Source: Bdellovibrio sp. (lineage in GTDB: Bacteria > UBA10199 > 2-02-FULL-44-16 > DYJF01). Taken from it: DNA of 61,645 nt. Position numbers and translations under genes: made by a program. The notes under the pieces were generated by a model, which was not told the DNA's origin, made no database searches, and saw nothing but the letters and a program-made list of their open reading frames with translations. The first letter of the stretch is position 1. Every line of letters begins with the position of its first letter. The DNA is taken from the NCBI GenBank assembly GCA_020723205.1, contig DYJF01000003.1:1-61645 (forward strand), given 5' to 3'. This document shows positions 18,707-29,046 of this stretch, in pieces.

Positions 18707-19339
18707 TTGGCGGACTGGACGGTGCACGCGTTCACCTTCGTGCGCGATAATCTCAAGGTCGCCGGATGGATGGCGGGAATTGCAGCGATCGTCCTTCTCA
18801 TCGTTCTTTCCGGAAACCGCATTCATTCCTACAGGGTGAACAAGGCGGCTGGGGCACTTTACGCGGCGCAGACGATGGCCGCCGGATCTGCCGAACAGCA
18901 AAAAGCGCTTGAAGAGATGGCCGACGATTATAGTTCGACGCCGGCGGGCCGCGAGGCGATGCTGCTGCTGGGCGATATATACATGGCCCGGGGCGACATC
19001 GATCTTGCGCAGGAAAAATTCGGAGAGCTGGCTAAGAAGAGCGGCGGAACGCCGCTGATGCAGATCGCGGCGCTGCACCGCTTGGCGGCGGCGCAGAAGG
19101 CGGCGGGCAGGACGCAGGACGCCGCGAAGACGTTCATTACGGCCGCGGATAATCTTAAGAACTTAAATCGTCCGGAGAGCTTGTATCAGGCGGGGTTGTG
19201 CTACGAGGAACTGAAGCAGTATGACGAAGCGGCGAAGATATACCGCCGCGTCACCGACAGCGCATCGGAAGGCGATGCGAGATCGAAAAGTGAGGAGCGT
19301 CTCTTATGGCTCATTGCGAGCGGTACCATCTCCGGCTGA
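18707..19339 (+). CDS. YfgM-like membrane-anchored TPR protein
   Basis: N-terminal TM (VAGWMAGIAAIVLLIVL) followed by TPR-like helices. Lies directly upstream of a BamB-like gene, as in yfgM-bamB. The start is uncertain: TTG at 18707, or an upstream in-frame codon (see findings). Confidence 0.5.
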   Translation: MADWTVHAFTFVRDNLKVAGWMAGIAAIVLLIVLSGNRIHSYRVNKAAGALYAAQTMAAGSAEQQKALEEMADDYSSTPAGREAMLLLGDIYMARGDIDLAQEKFGELAKKSGGTPLMQIAALHRLAAAQKAAGRTQDAAKTFITAADNLKNLNRPESLYQAGLCYEELKQYDEAAKIYRRVTDSASEGDARSKSEERLLWLIASGTISG

Positions 19340-20526
19340 TCGTCCTTGCTGTGGCCCTCTTCGTCTGCATCGGCGGCGGAGATCTTTTTGCCGCGAACAA
19401 GTATCAGAGGCAGACGTCCATTGTCAGCCACACAAGATATCCGCGCATGTACCACTTGAAAAGGGGCGACGTCCACGCGAGCGTAAAAAAAATAGGCGCC
19501 GTCAAACTCAAGAAATCCTCCTTCTGGAACAAGAAGCCGTTCCAGTTCTCCACACCTCTCGTGACCGATTCGATGCTCTTCATCGGCGTCGACGCGGGCG
19601 TCTTCTACGGCATCAAGGCGGACAAGATGAAGAAGGCGTGGCAGTATAAGACGGCCGGACCCGTGCAGTCGAAGGCGGCGGTCGACGGCGAGACGGTCTA
19701 TTTCGGGGACGCGGACGGTTTCGCTTACGCTCTCTCCTCGACCGACGGCAAGGAGATATGGAAGACGCAGCTCGATTCGGCGATCCTCGCCGCGCCGCTC
19801 ATCATAGGCGACAGGATATATTTTGTTACGGAGTCGGCGCGTTTGTATGCCTTGAACAGGGGCTCGGGCGAGGAGCTCATGCGCACCGAGCCGCTGGAGA
19901 AGTCGATGGGATTTTCGGTGCGCCGCGCATCGAACCCCGTCTATACCAACGGCCTCATAATCTTCGGAGCCGCAACGGGCGCGCTTTTGGCCTACCGCGA
20001 GAACGGCAACCTCGTCTGGGTGAAACAGCTTGGGGAGAGGCAGGAGATAGTTTCCGACCTCGACAGCCAGCCCCTCGTGCAGGGCGGCAACGTTTTCGTT
20101 ACGACGGCGGACAAGAGGGTTTTTTGTGTGAACGCGGCGACAGGGAACATCGTTTGGGCGAGCGCGGAGGCAGGGGGACCCAATGATCTGGCCATTAGCG
20201 GCGACAAGCTCTTCGCTGCCGGCGGCGGCGTGCTTTCGGCGCTCACGGTCTCCGAAGGCGGCAAGCTCTGGGAACAGGATTTCGAGACGCCGGAGATATC
20301 CTCGCCGGCGGTATATGAAAAAATCGTGGCGGTGGTCTCCACCAACGAAAAACTCTTTCTCGTGGACAGCGATAACGGCGACATAATCTTCATGCGGTTC
20401 GTGAAGAAGGGCAGCTTCGGCGATCCTGTTTTTTCGGATAACCGGCTCTATATCATTTCGAATACGGGTCTTCTCTACGGTTTTTCTGTGAAGGAGAAAG
20501 CGCCGAAGCCGGCAAAAAAGGGCTAG
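19306..20526 (+). CDS. bamB: PQQ-like beta-propeller protein, BamB-like
   Basis: 406 aa with repeated PQQ/WD-like blades (…G.VYFG..DG..YAL….G...W). N-terminal hydrophobic segment containing a Cys. Synteny with the yfgM-like gene. Confidence 0.6.
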   Translation: MAHCERYHLRLIVLAVALFVCIGGGDLFAANKYQRQTSIVSHTRYPRMYHLKRGDVHASVKKIGAVKLKKSSFWNKKPFQFSTPLVTDSMLFIGVDAGVFYGIKADKMKKAWQYKTAGPVQSKAAVDGETVYFGDADGFAYALSSTDGKEIWKTQLDSAILAAPLIIGDRIYFVTESARLYALNRGSGEELMRTEPLEKSMGFSVRRASNPVYTNGLIIFGAATGALLAYRENGNLVWVKQLGERQEIVSDLDSQPLVQGGNVFVTTADKRVFCVNAATGNIVWASAEAGGPNDLAISGDKLFAAGGGVLSALTVSEGGKLWEQDFETPEISSPAVYEKIVAVVSTNEKLFLVDSDNGDIIFMRFVKKGSFGDPVFSDNRLYIISNTGLLYGFSVKEKAPKPAKKG

Positions 20527-20601
20527 GGGACGTTTTCGTTTGCCCAAATTCGGCGGTTTTGTTAGATTTTGCGCTCGATGCCGTTCGGGGGACGACATAA
20601 G

Positions 20602-22641
20602 ATGCGAATTCCGCAAAAGTTCCTTTTGATTTTCGCTACGGCGGTTGCTTTTTTTGCGGCCGTGCCGGACTCCTTTGCCGATTCAACGACCTTCAACGCG
20701 CTCTTCTTCAAGCCGGCCACGGGAAAAAACCCGTATCTCATGCTCCACTCGACGGACACGCTCCATCAGTTCCAATTCCAGTTCGGCGAGTACATGTCGT
20801 TCGGCTACAGGCCCCTTGAGATATACGATTCCGGCCAGCGCATCAGGGGCGTCATAGACGACACCCTCGTCTCCGATTTCATCGGCGCGATAAGTTTTCT
20901 TGAATGGCTGCAGCTGGGCTTCGACTTTCCGGTGGCGATCCTCAACAAGTACAGGAGCCCGGACGCCACCGCGGCAACGCCGATGAGCAACGAGATGGCC
21001 CTCTCCGACCTGCGTTTCGAGATAAAGGCCCGCGTGCTCGATCCGTGCGTCTTTCCCGTAGGCCTTGCCTTCGTTCCATTCATCAGCGTGCCCACCGGCA
21101 AGGGCAGCGTTTACATGGGAGACCCGGGCCCGACCGGCGGTATCAAGGCGGTCGTGGACGGCCGTGTCTGGAAAAACGTGCTTTTGACCCTCAACTTGGG
21201 CTACCAGACAGGCGAGGACGTCGCCATCAGGAACGTCCATTATCAGCACCGCATGCTCTTGGGCGCCGGCGTCAACGCAAGGTTCAAGCACGGGTTGTCG
21301 CTCTTCGGCGAGATCAACGGCGATTACGCCTTCTCGAAGTTCTTCAGCGCCAAGGAGATGAACCCCACAGAGGCGATGGTCGGCGTGAAATGGGCCATCA
21401 AGGACACGGGGGTCGAACTGTCGGCCGCGGGCGGCAACTGCATCATCTGCGGCGTGAAGGGCGCATATGCCCGCGCCGTCGTCGGCGTGAGCTATCGCTA
21501 CAATCCGAAAAAATACCGCGCAATGGACGCGTCGGCGGAGAAACCGTGCAACAGGCGCTTCACGAAGGGGCTGACGCCGGAGGAGATCTACGATCTCAAG
21601 ATGAAGTGCCCGCCGAATCCGGCCGACTTCAAAGCCGGCGTGCATGACGACGCGTGCCCGAAATATTACGAATTGAGCGAGATCGCGGAGCTCATGATGC
21701 GCTGCCCGTCGAGCCCGGACGATTTCGTGCAGGGCGTTCACGACGACGCGTGCCAGAAGGTCTTCACGCTGAGCGACAAGTACACCTCCGAAGAGATACA
21801 GAGCATCTACACGCTCATGGCGTCCGAATTGGGGCTGCGCTGCCCGGCCGATCCTTCGGAGTTCAGTCCGCTTCTGCACGATCAGGCCTGCCCCAAATAT
21901 TATGACTTAAAGGAGGTCTCCGAGCTCGCGGCTATCTGTCCGACGGAGGAGGAGGAATACAGGCCGGGCGTGGATTACGCGGATTGCCCGAAATACTACA
22001 CGCTCCGCGATAAATATCCGGAAGACCAGTGGGAGCTCATCGCGAAGCTCTCCAAGAAGGATTCCGACAAGGACCGCATAAACGACTATCTTGACCAGTG
22101 TCCCGACGATCCGGAGGACTACGAAGGTTTCGCGGACTCGGACGGCTGTCCGGACCGCGGCATTGCGGCGATCTCCAACGGCGAGATACAGACGTTCATG
22201 CCGGTCTATTTCGATTTCAACAGTTCTAAGTTGAAATACGACGCGACGCAGGCGCTTGATCAGGTCATTGCCATAATCAACCAGACCCCGTGGATAAAAA
22301 GGGTGCTTGTAGGGGGCCATGCGGACCAGCGCGGCACGGAGGGCGCCAACGAAAAGATATCCATGAAGCGCTCGCAGGATGTCGTGAACTACATGCAAAC
22401 ACACGGCACCCGCTCCGACGTGCTCCTGACGCCGGTGGGATACGGCGCAAGAAAGCCCATCTCGACCGGGACGTCCGAAGAGGATTACGCAAGGAACCGC
22501 CGCGTGGTCTTCACGATCGCAAGCGAAGGATTTGTCCCTCGGCGCGCGCCGCGCGTCCAGACCGAAAAGATATCTGCTCCCGCGGAGGCGGTGCCGGAAG
22601 CTCCGTCGTACGACAAACCGCAGCCGAAGCGATGGGAGTAA
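20602..22641 (+). CDS. OmpA-family outer-membrane protein with N-terminal barrel-like domain, Cys-repeat linker, TSP3-like motif and C-terminal OmpA domain
   Basis: Signal peptide MRIPQKFLLIFATAVAFFAAVPDSFA. C-terminal OmpA_C pattern (FDFNSSKL…GHADQRGT…NEKISMKRSQ…NRRVVF). DQCPDDPEDYEGFADSDGCPD is a thrombospondin-type-3-like motif. The start could instead be 20569 or 20578. Confidence 0.8.
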   Translation: MRIPQKFLLIFATAVAFFAAVPDSFADSTTFNALFFKPATGKNPYLMLHSTDTLHQFQFQFGEYMSFGYRPLEIYDSGQRIRGVIDDTLVSDFIGAISFLEWLQLGFDFPVAILNKYRSPDATAATPMSNEMALSDLRFEIKARVLDPCVFPVGLAFVPFISVPTGKGSVYMGDPGPTGGIKAVVDGRVWKNVLLTLNLGYQTGEDVAIRNVHYQHRMLLGAGVNARFKHGLSLFGEINGDYAFSKFFSAKEMNPTEAMVGVKWAIKDTGVELSAAGGNCIICGVKGAYARAVVGVSYRYNPKKYRAMDASAEKPCNRRFTKGLTPEEIYDLKMKCPPNPADFKAGVHDDACPKYYELSEIAELMMRCPSSPDDFVQGVHDDACQKVFTLSDKYTSEEIQSIYTLMASELGLRCPADPSEFSPLLHDQACPKYYDLKEVSELAAICPTEEEEYRPGVDYADCPKYYTLRDKYPEDQWELIAKLSKKDSDKDRINDYLDQCPDDPEDYEGFADSDGCPDRGIAAISNGEIQTFMPVYFDFNSSKLKYDATQALDQVIAIINQTPWIKRVLVGGHADQRGTEGANEKISMKRSQDVVNYMQTHGTRSDVLLTPVGYGARKPISTGTSEEDYARNRRVVFTIASEGFVPRRAPRVQTEKISAPAEAVPEAPSYDKPQPKRWE

Positions 22642-22651
22642 AGGAGGAATC

Positions 22652-23653
22652 ATGTTTCACATTATGGTGATGATCATGGCCCTGATGGTCATTGCGCCTG
22701 CCGGCGCATATGCGCAAAGGTGGGAAGGGGTTAGCACGTCGGCGCCGCCCAAGGAATCGCCGGCGCCTGTCGCGCAACCGAAAGAGGCGCCCGCTCAAGC
22801 GACGACGCCTGCGTATCCTCCTCCGCCCGCCCACACGCAGCCCTCGGCTGTCGCTCCCTCCGCTTCGGGCAAATCCGATCTACCCGCCGGCTGGGACAGA
22901 CCCGCGGAGGTTCCACAGGGTGCGGTTCGCCTCGAGGATATTAAACCGGGAACGCGCCCTGCGGCAACCGCAGCTCCGGCCCCGAAGCCCGCTCCTGCGC
23001 CGCAACCGGCCGCCAAGTCAGCGGCAGCTCCGGTTCCGGCGGAGCCGGTCGTGACAGACCCGAACCTTTACGACACAAGAATGCAGCCGGCGGTTCCTCC
23101 GCCGGGATATTCCCAGCCGACGACACTTTACAAGACAAGGGCTGAGACGGTCGCTCCGGCACCGGCGCCTGTGCGTGCGCCTGTCGCCGCTCCGTCAGCG
23201 GGCGGATGTAAATCCGATCTCCCCGGAGGGGCCTGCCCGGAAGCGGTTGTTCCCCCCGGCGCGGTTCGTCTGGAAGACGTAAAGCCGGGAACGCGCCCCA
23301 AGCCAATGACCGGCGAGGTCATTCCTCCAAAATATCCCTCGGCAGCACCGGCTCCTACGCCTGCGCCGACACCAATGCGCGCCCCTGTCGCGGCGCCTTC
23401 AACGGGCGGATGCAAGTCGGACATCCCGGGAGTTCCGTGCACGGAAGCCGCGGTCCCGCCGGGCGCCGTTCGCCTTGAAGACATAAAGCCGGGGACTCGT
23501 CCGGCGACAGCGTCACAGCCGAGGCCGACCCCGCCGTCCACGGATGAGTTTGCGCCGCCTCCGCCGGCGAAGAAGAGCAATATAGAAGAGGTGCCCGTCG
23601 GAGCCGACGGCGTACCCATAGATCAGTCGAAACAAAAACAGCGCTGGGAATAG
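22652..23653 (+). CDS. Secreted Pro/Ala-rich repeat protein (hypothetical)
   Basis: GGAGGAATC-ATG start with signal peptide MFHIMVMIMALMVIAPAGAYA. Three copies of (C)KSD(L/I)P…P(Q/P)GAVRLED(I/V)KPGTRP. The ORF-track start at 22532 overlaps the ompA gene and is rejected. Confidence 0.6.
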   Translation: MFHIMVMIMALMVIAPAGAYAQRWEGVSTSAPPKESPAPVAQPKEAPAQATTPAYPPPPAHTQPSAVAPSASGKSDLPAGWDRPAEVPQGAVRLEDIKPGTRPAATAAPAPKPAPAPQPAAKSAAAPVPAEPVVTDPNLYDTRMQPAVPPPGYSQPTTLYKTRAETVAPAPAPVRAPVAAPSAGGCKSDLPGGACPEAVVPPGAVRLEDVKPGTRPKPMTGEVIPPKYPSAAPAPTPAPTPMRAPVAAPSTGGCKSDIPGVPCTEAAVPPGAVRLEDIKPGTRPATASQPRPTPPSTDEFAPPPPAKKSNIEEVPVGADGVPIDQSKQKQRWE

Positions 23654-23661
23654 ACAGATGC

Positions 23662-26708
<3,047 letters not shown>

Positions 26709-26725
26709 GCCACGAATCCTAATCG

Positions 26726-26742
26726 TAATCTTAATCGCTTTT
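26726..26742 (+). repeat. 17-nt direct repeat, copy 1 (TAATCTTAATCGCTTTT)
   Basis: Identical 17-mer at 27777-27793. A related inverted version lies at 29460-29486. Confidence 0.8.
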
Positions 26743-26809
26743 CACGGTTAATATGATCGTAGTTCGAGATCTAGAGTCTAGTTCCAGATCAAAGATCTTA
26801 GATCATAGA

Positions 26810-27145
26810 TTACCGACGTAGCCGCATGATCATGGCATAAGCCAAACGAAGCTCCGATTTGAGCTCATCATTGAAAGATGCGGCGATGTAGCCAAAAGCG
26901 CAGATGATATCTAGCGCCGCTGCCGTCTCCGCGATGGAAGCAAGCGAAATATCAAAGAAACGATTCCGCTCTCTTGTTGAACGCCTGCCGTTGCCCTCCG
27001 CTAGATTGAGCATTGAACTAGAAAATGCCCTGTTAAGCTGATCTTCCAGATAATATGTGCCCTTGGGCAGTTTTTCTATTAGCGTTGGCAACTTTCTTGC
27101 GACATCTAGCAACACTACATAGCATTTCAGTTTTTGGTGATTCAT
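26810..27145 (-). CDS. Four-helix-bundle protein, 23S rRNA-IVS / Avd-like family (P1)
   Basis: 111 aa, MNHQKLKCY…LEDQL.RA…LNLAEGNG…ER.RFF.ISL.SIAE. This is the typical IVS-protein family pattern. Confidence 0.85.
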   Translation of the reverse strand: MNHQKLKCYVVLLDVARKLPTLIEKLPKGTYYLEDQLNRAFSSSMLNLAEGNGRRSTRERNRFFDISLASIAETAAALDIICAFGYIAASFNDELKSELRLAYAMIMRLRR

Positions 27146-27257
27146 GGGTTCCTCCTAGTTTGTTTTTGGCCTCTTGCCTCCTCAATGAGGGTGGGGAGGC
27201 AAGAGGCCATAAACAAAAGGAGGATTTTATGTTCAACCACCAAAAACTGAAATGCTA
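27120..27257. repeat. Palindromic core of module 1 (central hairpin + both RBSs + 5' ends of P1 and P2)
   Basis: A perfect 14-bp stem joins 27168-27181 to 27195-27208 around a 13-nt loop. CCTCC (27151-27155) faces GGAGG (27219-27223). 27120-27139 is the exact reverse complement of 27238-27257 (20 nt inside both CDSs). Confidence 0.9.
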
Positions 27258-27564
27258 CGAGTTTGCACTAGATGCGGCAAGAAAGGTGCCAACGCTGATT
27301 AGAGGATGGCCATCTGGTTATGGATATCTGGAAGATCAGCTCAAGCGTGCGGCATCAAGCGTCGTGCTCAACATTGCGGAGGGCAACTACAGGTATTCAG
27401 TGAAGGAGCGGAGGCGGTTTTTCGAAATCGCAAGGGCATCTGCGGGTGAAGTCTCCTCGATTCTGGATATCGCGCACGCCTATCGTCTCGTCGCAGATTC
27501 AGACTACGCCCTGATGCAGAATATCCTCATCCAGATCGTCAAGATGCTATATCATTTGCGGTAA
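27229..27564 (+). CDS. Four-helix-bundle protein, 23S rRNA-IVS / Avd-like family (P2)
   Basis: 111 aa, MFNHQKLKCY…LEDQLKRA…LNIAEGN…ERRRFFEIARASAGEV. The ATG at 27229 follows AAGGAGG. The longer ORF-track start at 27055 is rejected. Confidence 0.85.
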   Translation: MFNHQKLKCYEFALDAARKVPTLIRGWPSGYGYLEDQLKRAASSVVLNIAEGNYRYSVKERRRFFEIARASAGEVSSILDIAHAYRLVADSDYALMQNILIQIVKMLYHLR

Positions 27565-27567
27565 CCT

Positions 27568-27630
27568 CCGTTCGCCCTGAGCTTGTCGAAGGATGAACGG
27601 TGCTCGCTCAGGACAGGCCTGTCGAAGGGC
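27568..27630. repeat. Degenerate GC-rich palindromic (REP-like) element
   Basis: CCGTTCGCC-ctgagcttgtcgaa-GGATGAACGG, followed by a half copy GCTCAGGACAGGCCTGTCGAAGGGC. The word tgtcgaagg occurs in both halves. Confidence 0.5.
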
Positions 27631-27641
27631 CTACGCGCCCG

Positions 27642-27675
27642 CCTTCCCCGCCGCTTGCAATAGGGTGGGGAGGGG
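27642..27675. repeat. Third hairpin carrying the conserved AGGGTGG loop motif
   Basis: CCTTCCCC (27642-27649) pairs with GGGGAGGGG (27667-27675). The loop ends …GCAATAGGGT, like the loops of the two module hairpins. Confidence 0.5.
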
Positions 27676-27683
27676 AGTAAAGA

Positions 27684-27711
27684 ACCACTGGTAACGCGAC
27701 CACTGGTAACG
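27684..27711 (+). repeat. Tandem direct repeat, 2 x ACCACTGGTAACG (15-nt period)
   Basis: Read directly: ACCACTGGTAACGcgACCACTGGTAACG. Confidence 0.85.
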
Positions 27712-27776
27712 GAGCAACGGCAATATAACTATTTATTTTTAGCCATTTACGGGTGGGTCAAGTGCAGGTGGCAATC

Positions 27777-27793
27777 TAATCTTAATCGCTTTT
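27777..27793 (+). repeat. 17-nt direct repeat, copy 2 (TAATCTTAATCGCTTTT)
   Basis: Identical to 26726-26742. Confidence 0.8.
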
Positions 27794-27829
27794 ATCGCCG
27801 ATCTTTTCTGGGGGATGGTCAGGTAGGGC

Positions 27830-28189
27830 TTAGCCCTTTTCTCTTGCCTCTGCGGCCCATGTGCTCATGAATGTGGTATATGCCGTTTCGGCATCGAGCC
27901 AGATGGTGTTCGTAAAGGCGGGATGTGTGTGGCAGCGCGAGCCGTGCAGGACGCTTATATCGAGATTGTTGAAGATGAACGTGTAATAATCCATCGTCCG
28001 GCGGCATGGGGAGAAGACGTCCTCGGTCACCTTCACGTATGAGATGTTGGGTATGAGCCCGTACTCGCCGTCGGTATTGGGCGATTCGAAGTCGGCCCTG
28101 CGATAGCCGTTCCTCTCAAGCGCACTCATCAATCTTGCGCTCTTGAAATAATCCGAAACAAAGTTCGTGATCTGTGAAATGAAGCTCAT
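27830..28189 (-). CDS. Hypothetical protein (119 aa)
   Basis: ORF with an internal ATG at 28189 (MSFISQITNF…) preceded by a GGGAG-like RBS. No family recognised. The longer version to 28282 would overlap the DUF167 gene. Confidence 0.45.
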   Translation of the reverse strand: MSFISQITNFVSDYFKSARLMSALERNGYRRADFESPNTDGEYGLIPNISYVKVTEDVFSPCRRTMDYYTFIFNNLDISVLHGSRCHTHPAFTNTIWLDAETAYTTFMSTWAAEAREKG

Positions 28190-28256
28190 AAGTATAAGGT
28201 CTCCCTTATACCTATTATCGGCCGAGAAGGGGGCAGAAGTTTCGTCTGAATGAAAT

Positions 28257-28538
28257 TTAGATGCCCCGCAAAAGACGTTCAATTTCGGGTCGTTTGACGC
28301 CCTTTATGAAAAGGAGCTTGTTCCGGCCGGTCTCTCCGCGGATGATGGATACGGAGGATTTGGGCACGCAAAGGGTGTGGGCGATGAACTCTATGAGCGC
28401 CTCGTTGGCGCGTCCTTCGATTGGAGGCGCCGCGAGTGCAACCGCCAGCGCGCCGCTTCTTTCCCCCTTCAGCCGGCTCTTTGATGCGCGCGGGGTGACA
28501 TAGCATTCGATCGTCACGCCGTCCTTGTGGTCTTGCAT
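28257..28538 (-). CDS. DUF167 (YggU-like) protein
   Basis: 93 aa: MQDHKDGVTIECYVTPRASKSRL…ALAVALAAPPIEGRANEALIEFIA…SVSIIRGETGRNKLL. This is the typical DUF167 pattern. The ORF-track start at 28709 is rejected. Confidence 0.75.
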   Translation of the reverse strand: MQDHKDGVTIECYVTPRASKSRLKGERSGALAVALAAPPIEGRANEALIEFIAHTLCVPKSSVSIIRGETGRNKLLFIKGVKRPEIERLLRGI

Positions 28539-28585
28539 GTTAAGCACAAGGTAATTAATGCAATAATTGATGCCAATACGCAACG

Positions 28586-28936
28586 TCAGAAATTTGAAGG
28601 AGGATTCATCAGCGCCCAGAGCATCTTGCTGACTTCGGTGAGACGCGATTTGACAGCGCTGGAGGCCATCGGAGGCATCAGGCCGAAGGAGGACGCAAGA
28701 TCGATGCATGCGGAGACCTCCACAGCCGAAGCACGCGCGATCTCGAAGAAGCGGCGGCGTTCCGCTGCGCTTCTGCGCGCGTTTCCTTCCGCGATATTGA
28801 GAACGACCGAAGCAATGGCGCGGCGCAGCTGATCATAAAGATAACCAAGCCCGCGGGGCCACCTGGCACCCTCCTTGCTCAACCCCTCTGCTAACCTTAC
28901 CGCCCTTTGGTAGCACTCCAGTTTTTCGTGCAACAT
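28586..28936 (-). CDS. Four-helix-bundle protein, 23S rRNA-IVS / Avd-like family (P3)
   Basis: MLHEKLECY…YDQLRRA…LNIAEGN…ERRRFFEIARASAVEV. The ATG at 28936 lies 5 nt after GGAGG. The closest paralog by eye is P2. Confidence 0.85.
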   Translation of the reverse strand: MLHEKLECYQRAVRLAEGLSKEGARWPRGLGYLYDQLRRAIASVVLNIAEGNARRSAAERRRFFEIARASAVEVSACIDLASSFGLMPPMASSAVKSRLTEVSKMLWALMNPPSNF

Positions 28937-29046
28937 AAACACCTCCTAGTTTGTCAGTTTTCGCTGCCCTCTCATAAAGGGTGGAGGGCAGCGAAAACTG
29001 ACAAACAAAAGGAGGAGTTATGAATCACGAAAAACTGGAGTGCTAC
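28910..29046. repeat. Palindromic core of module 2 (central hairpin + both RBSs + 5' ends of P3 and P4)
   Basis: A perfect 23-bp stem joins 28949-28971 to 28984-29006 around a 12-nt loop, TCATAAAGGGTG. 28910-28930 is the exact reverse complement of 29026-29046 (21 nt inside both CDSs). Confidence 0.9.

Noticed and set aside
18651-18839. 62-aa ORF starting at the ATG directly abutting the strong SD at 18640-18650.
   Set aside because: The SD-to-ATG spacing is zero. The product is R/S-rich and overlaps the YfgM-like frame, which has clearly better coding character.
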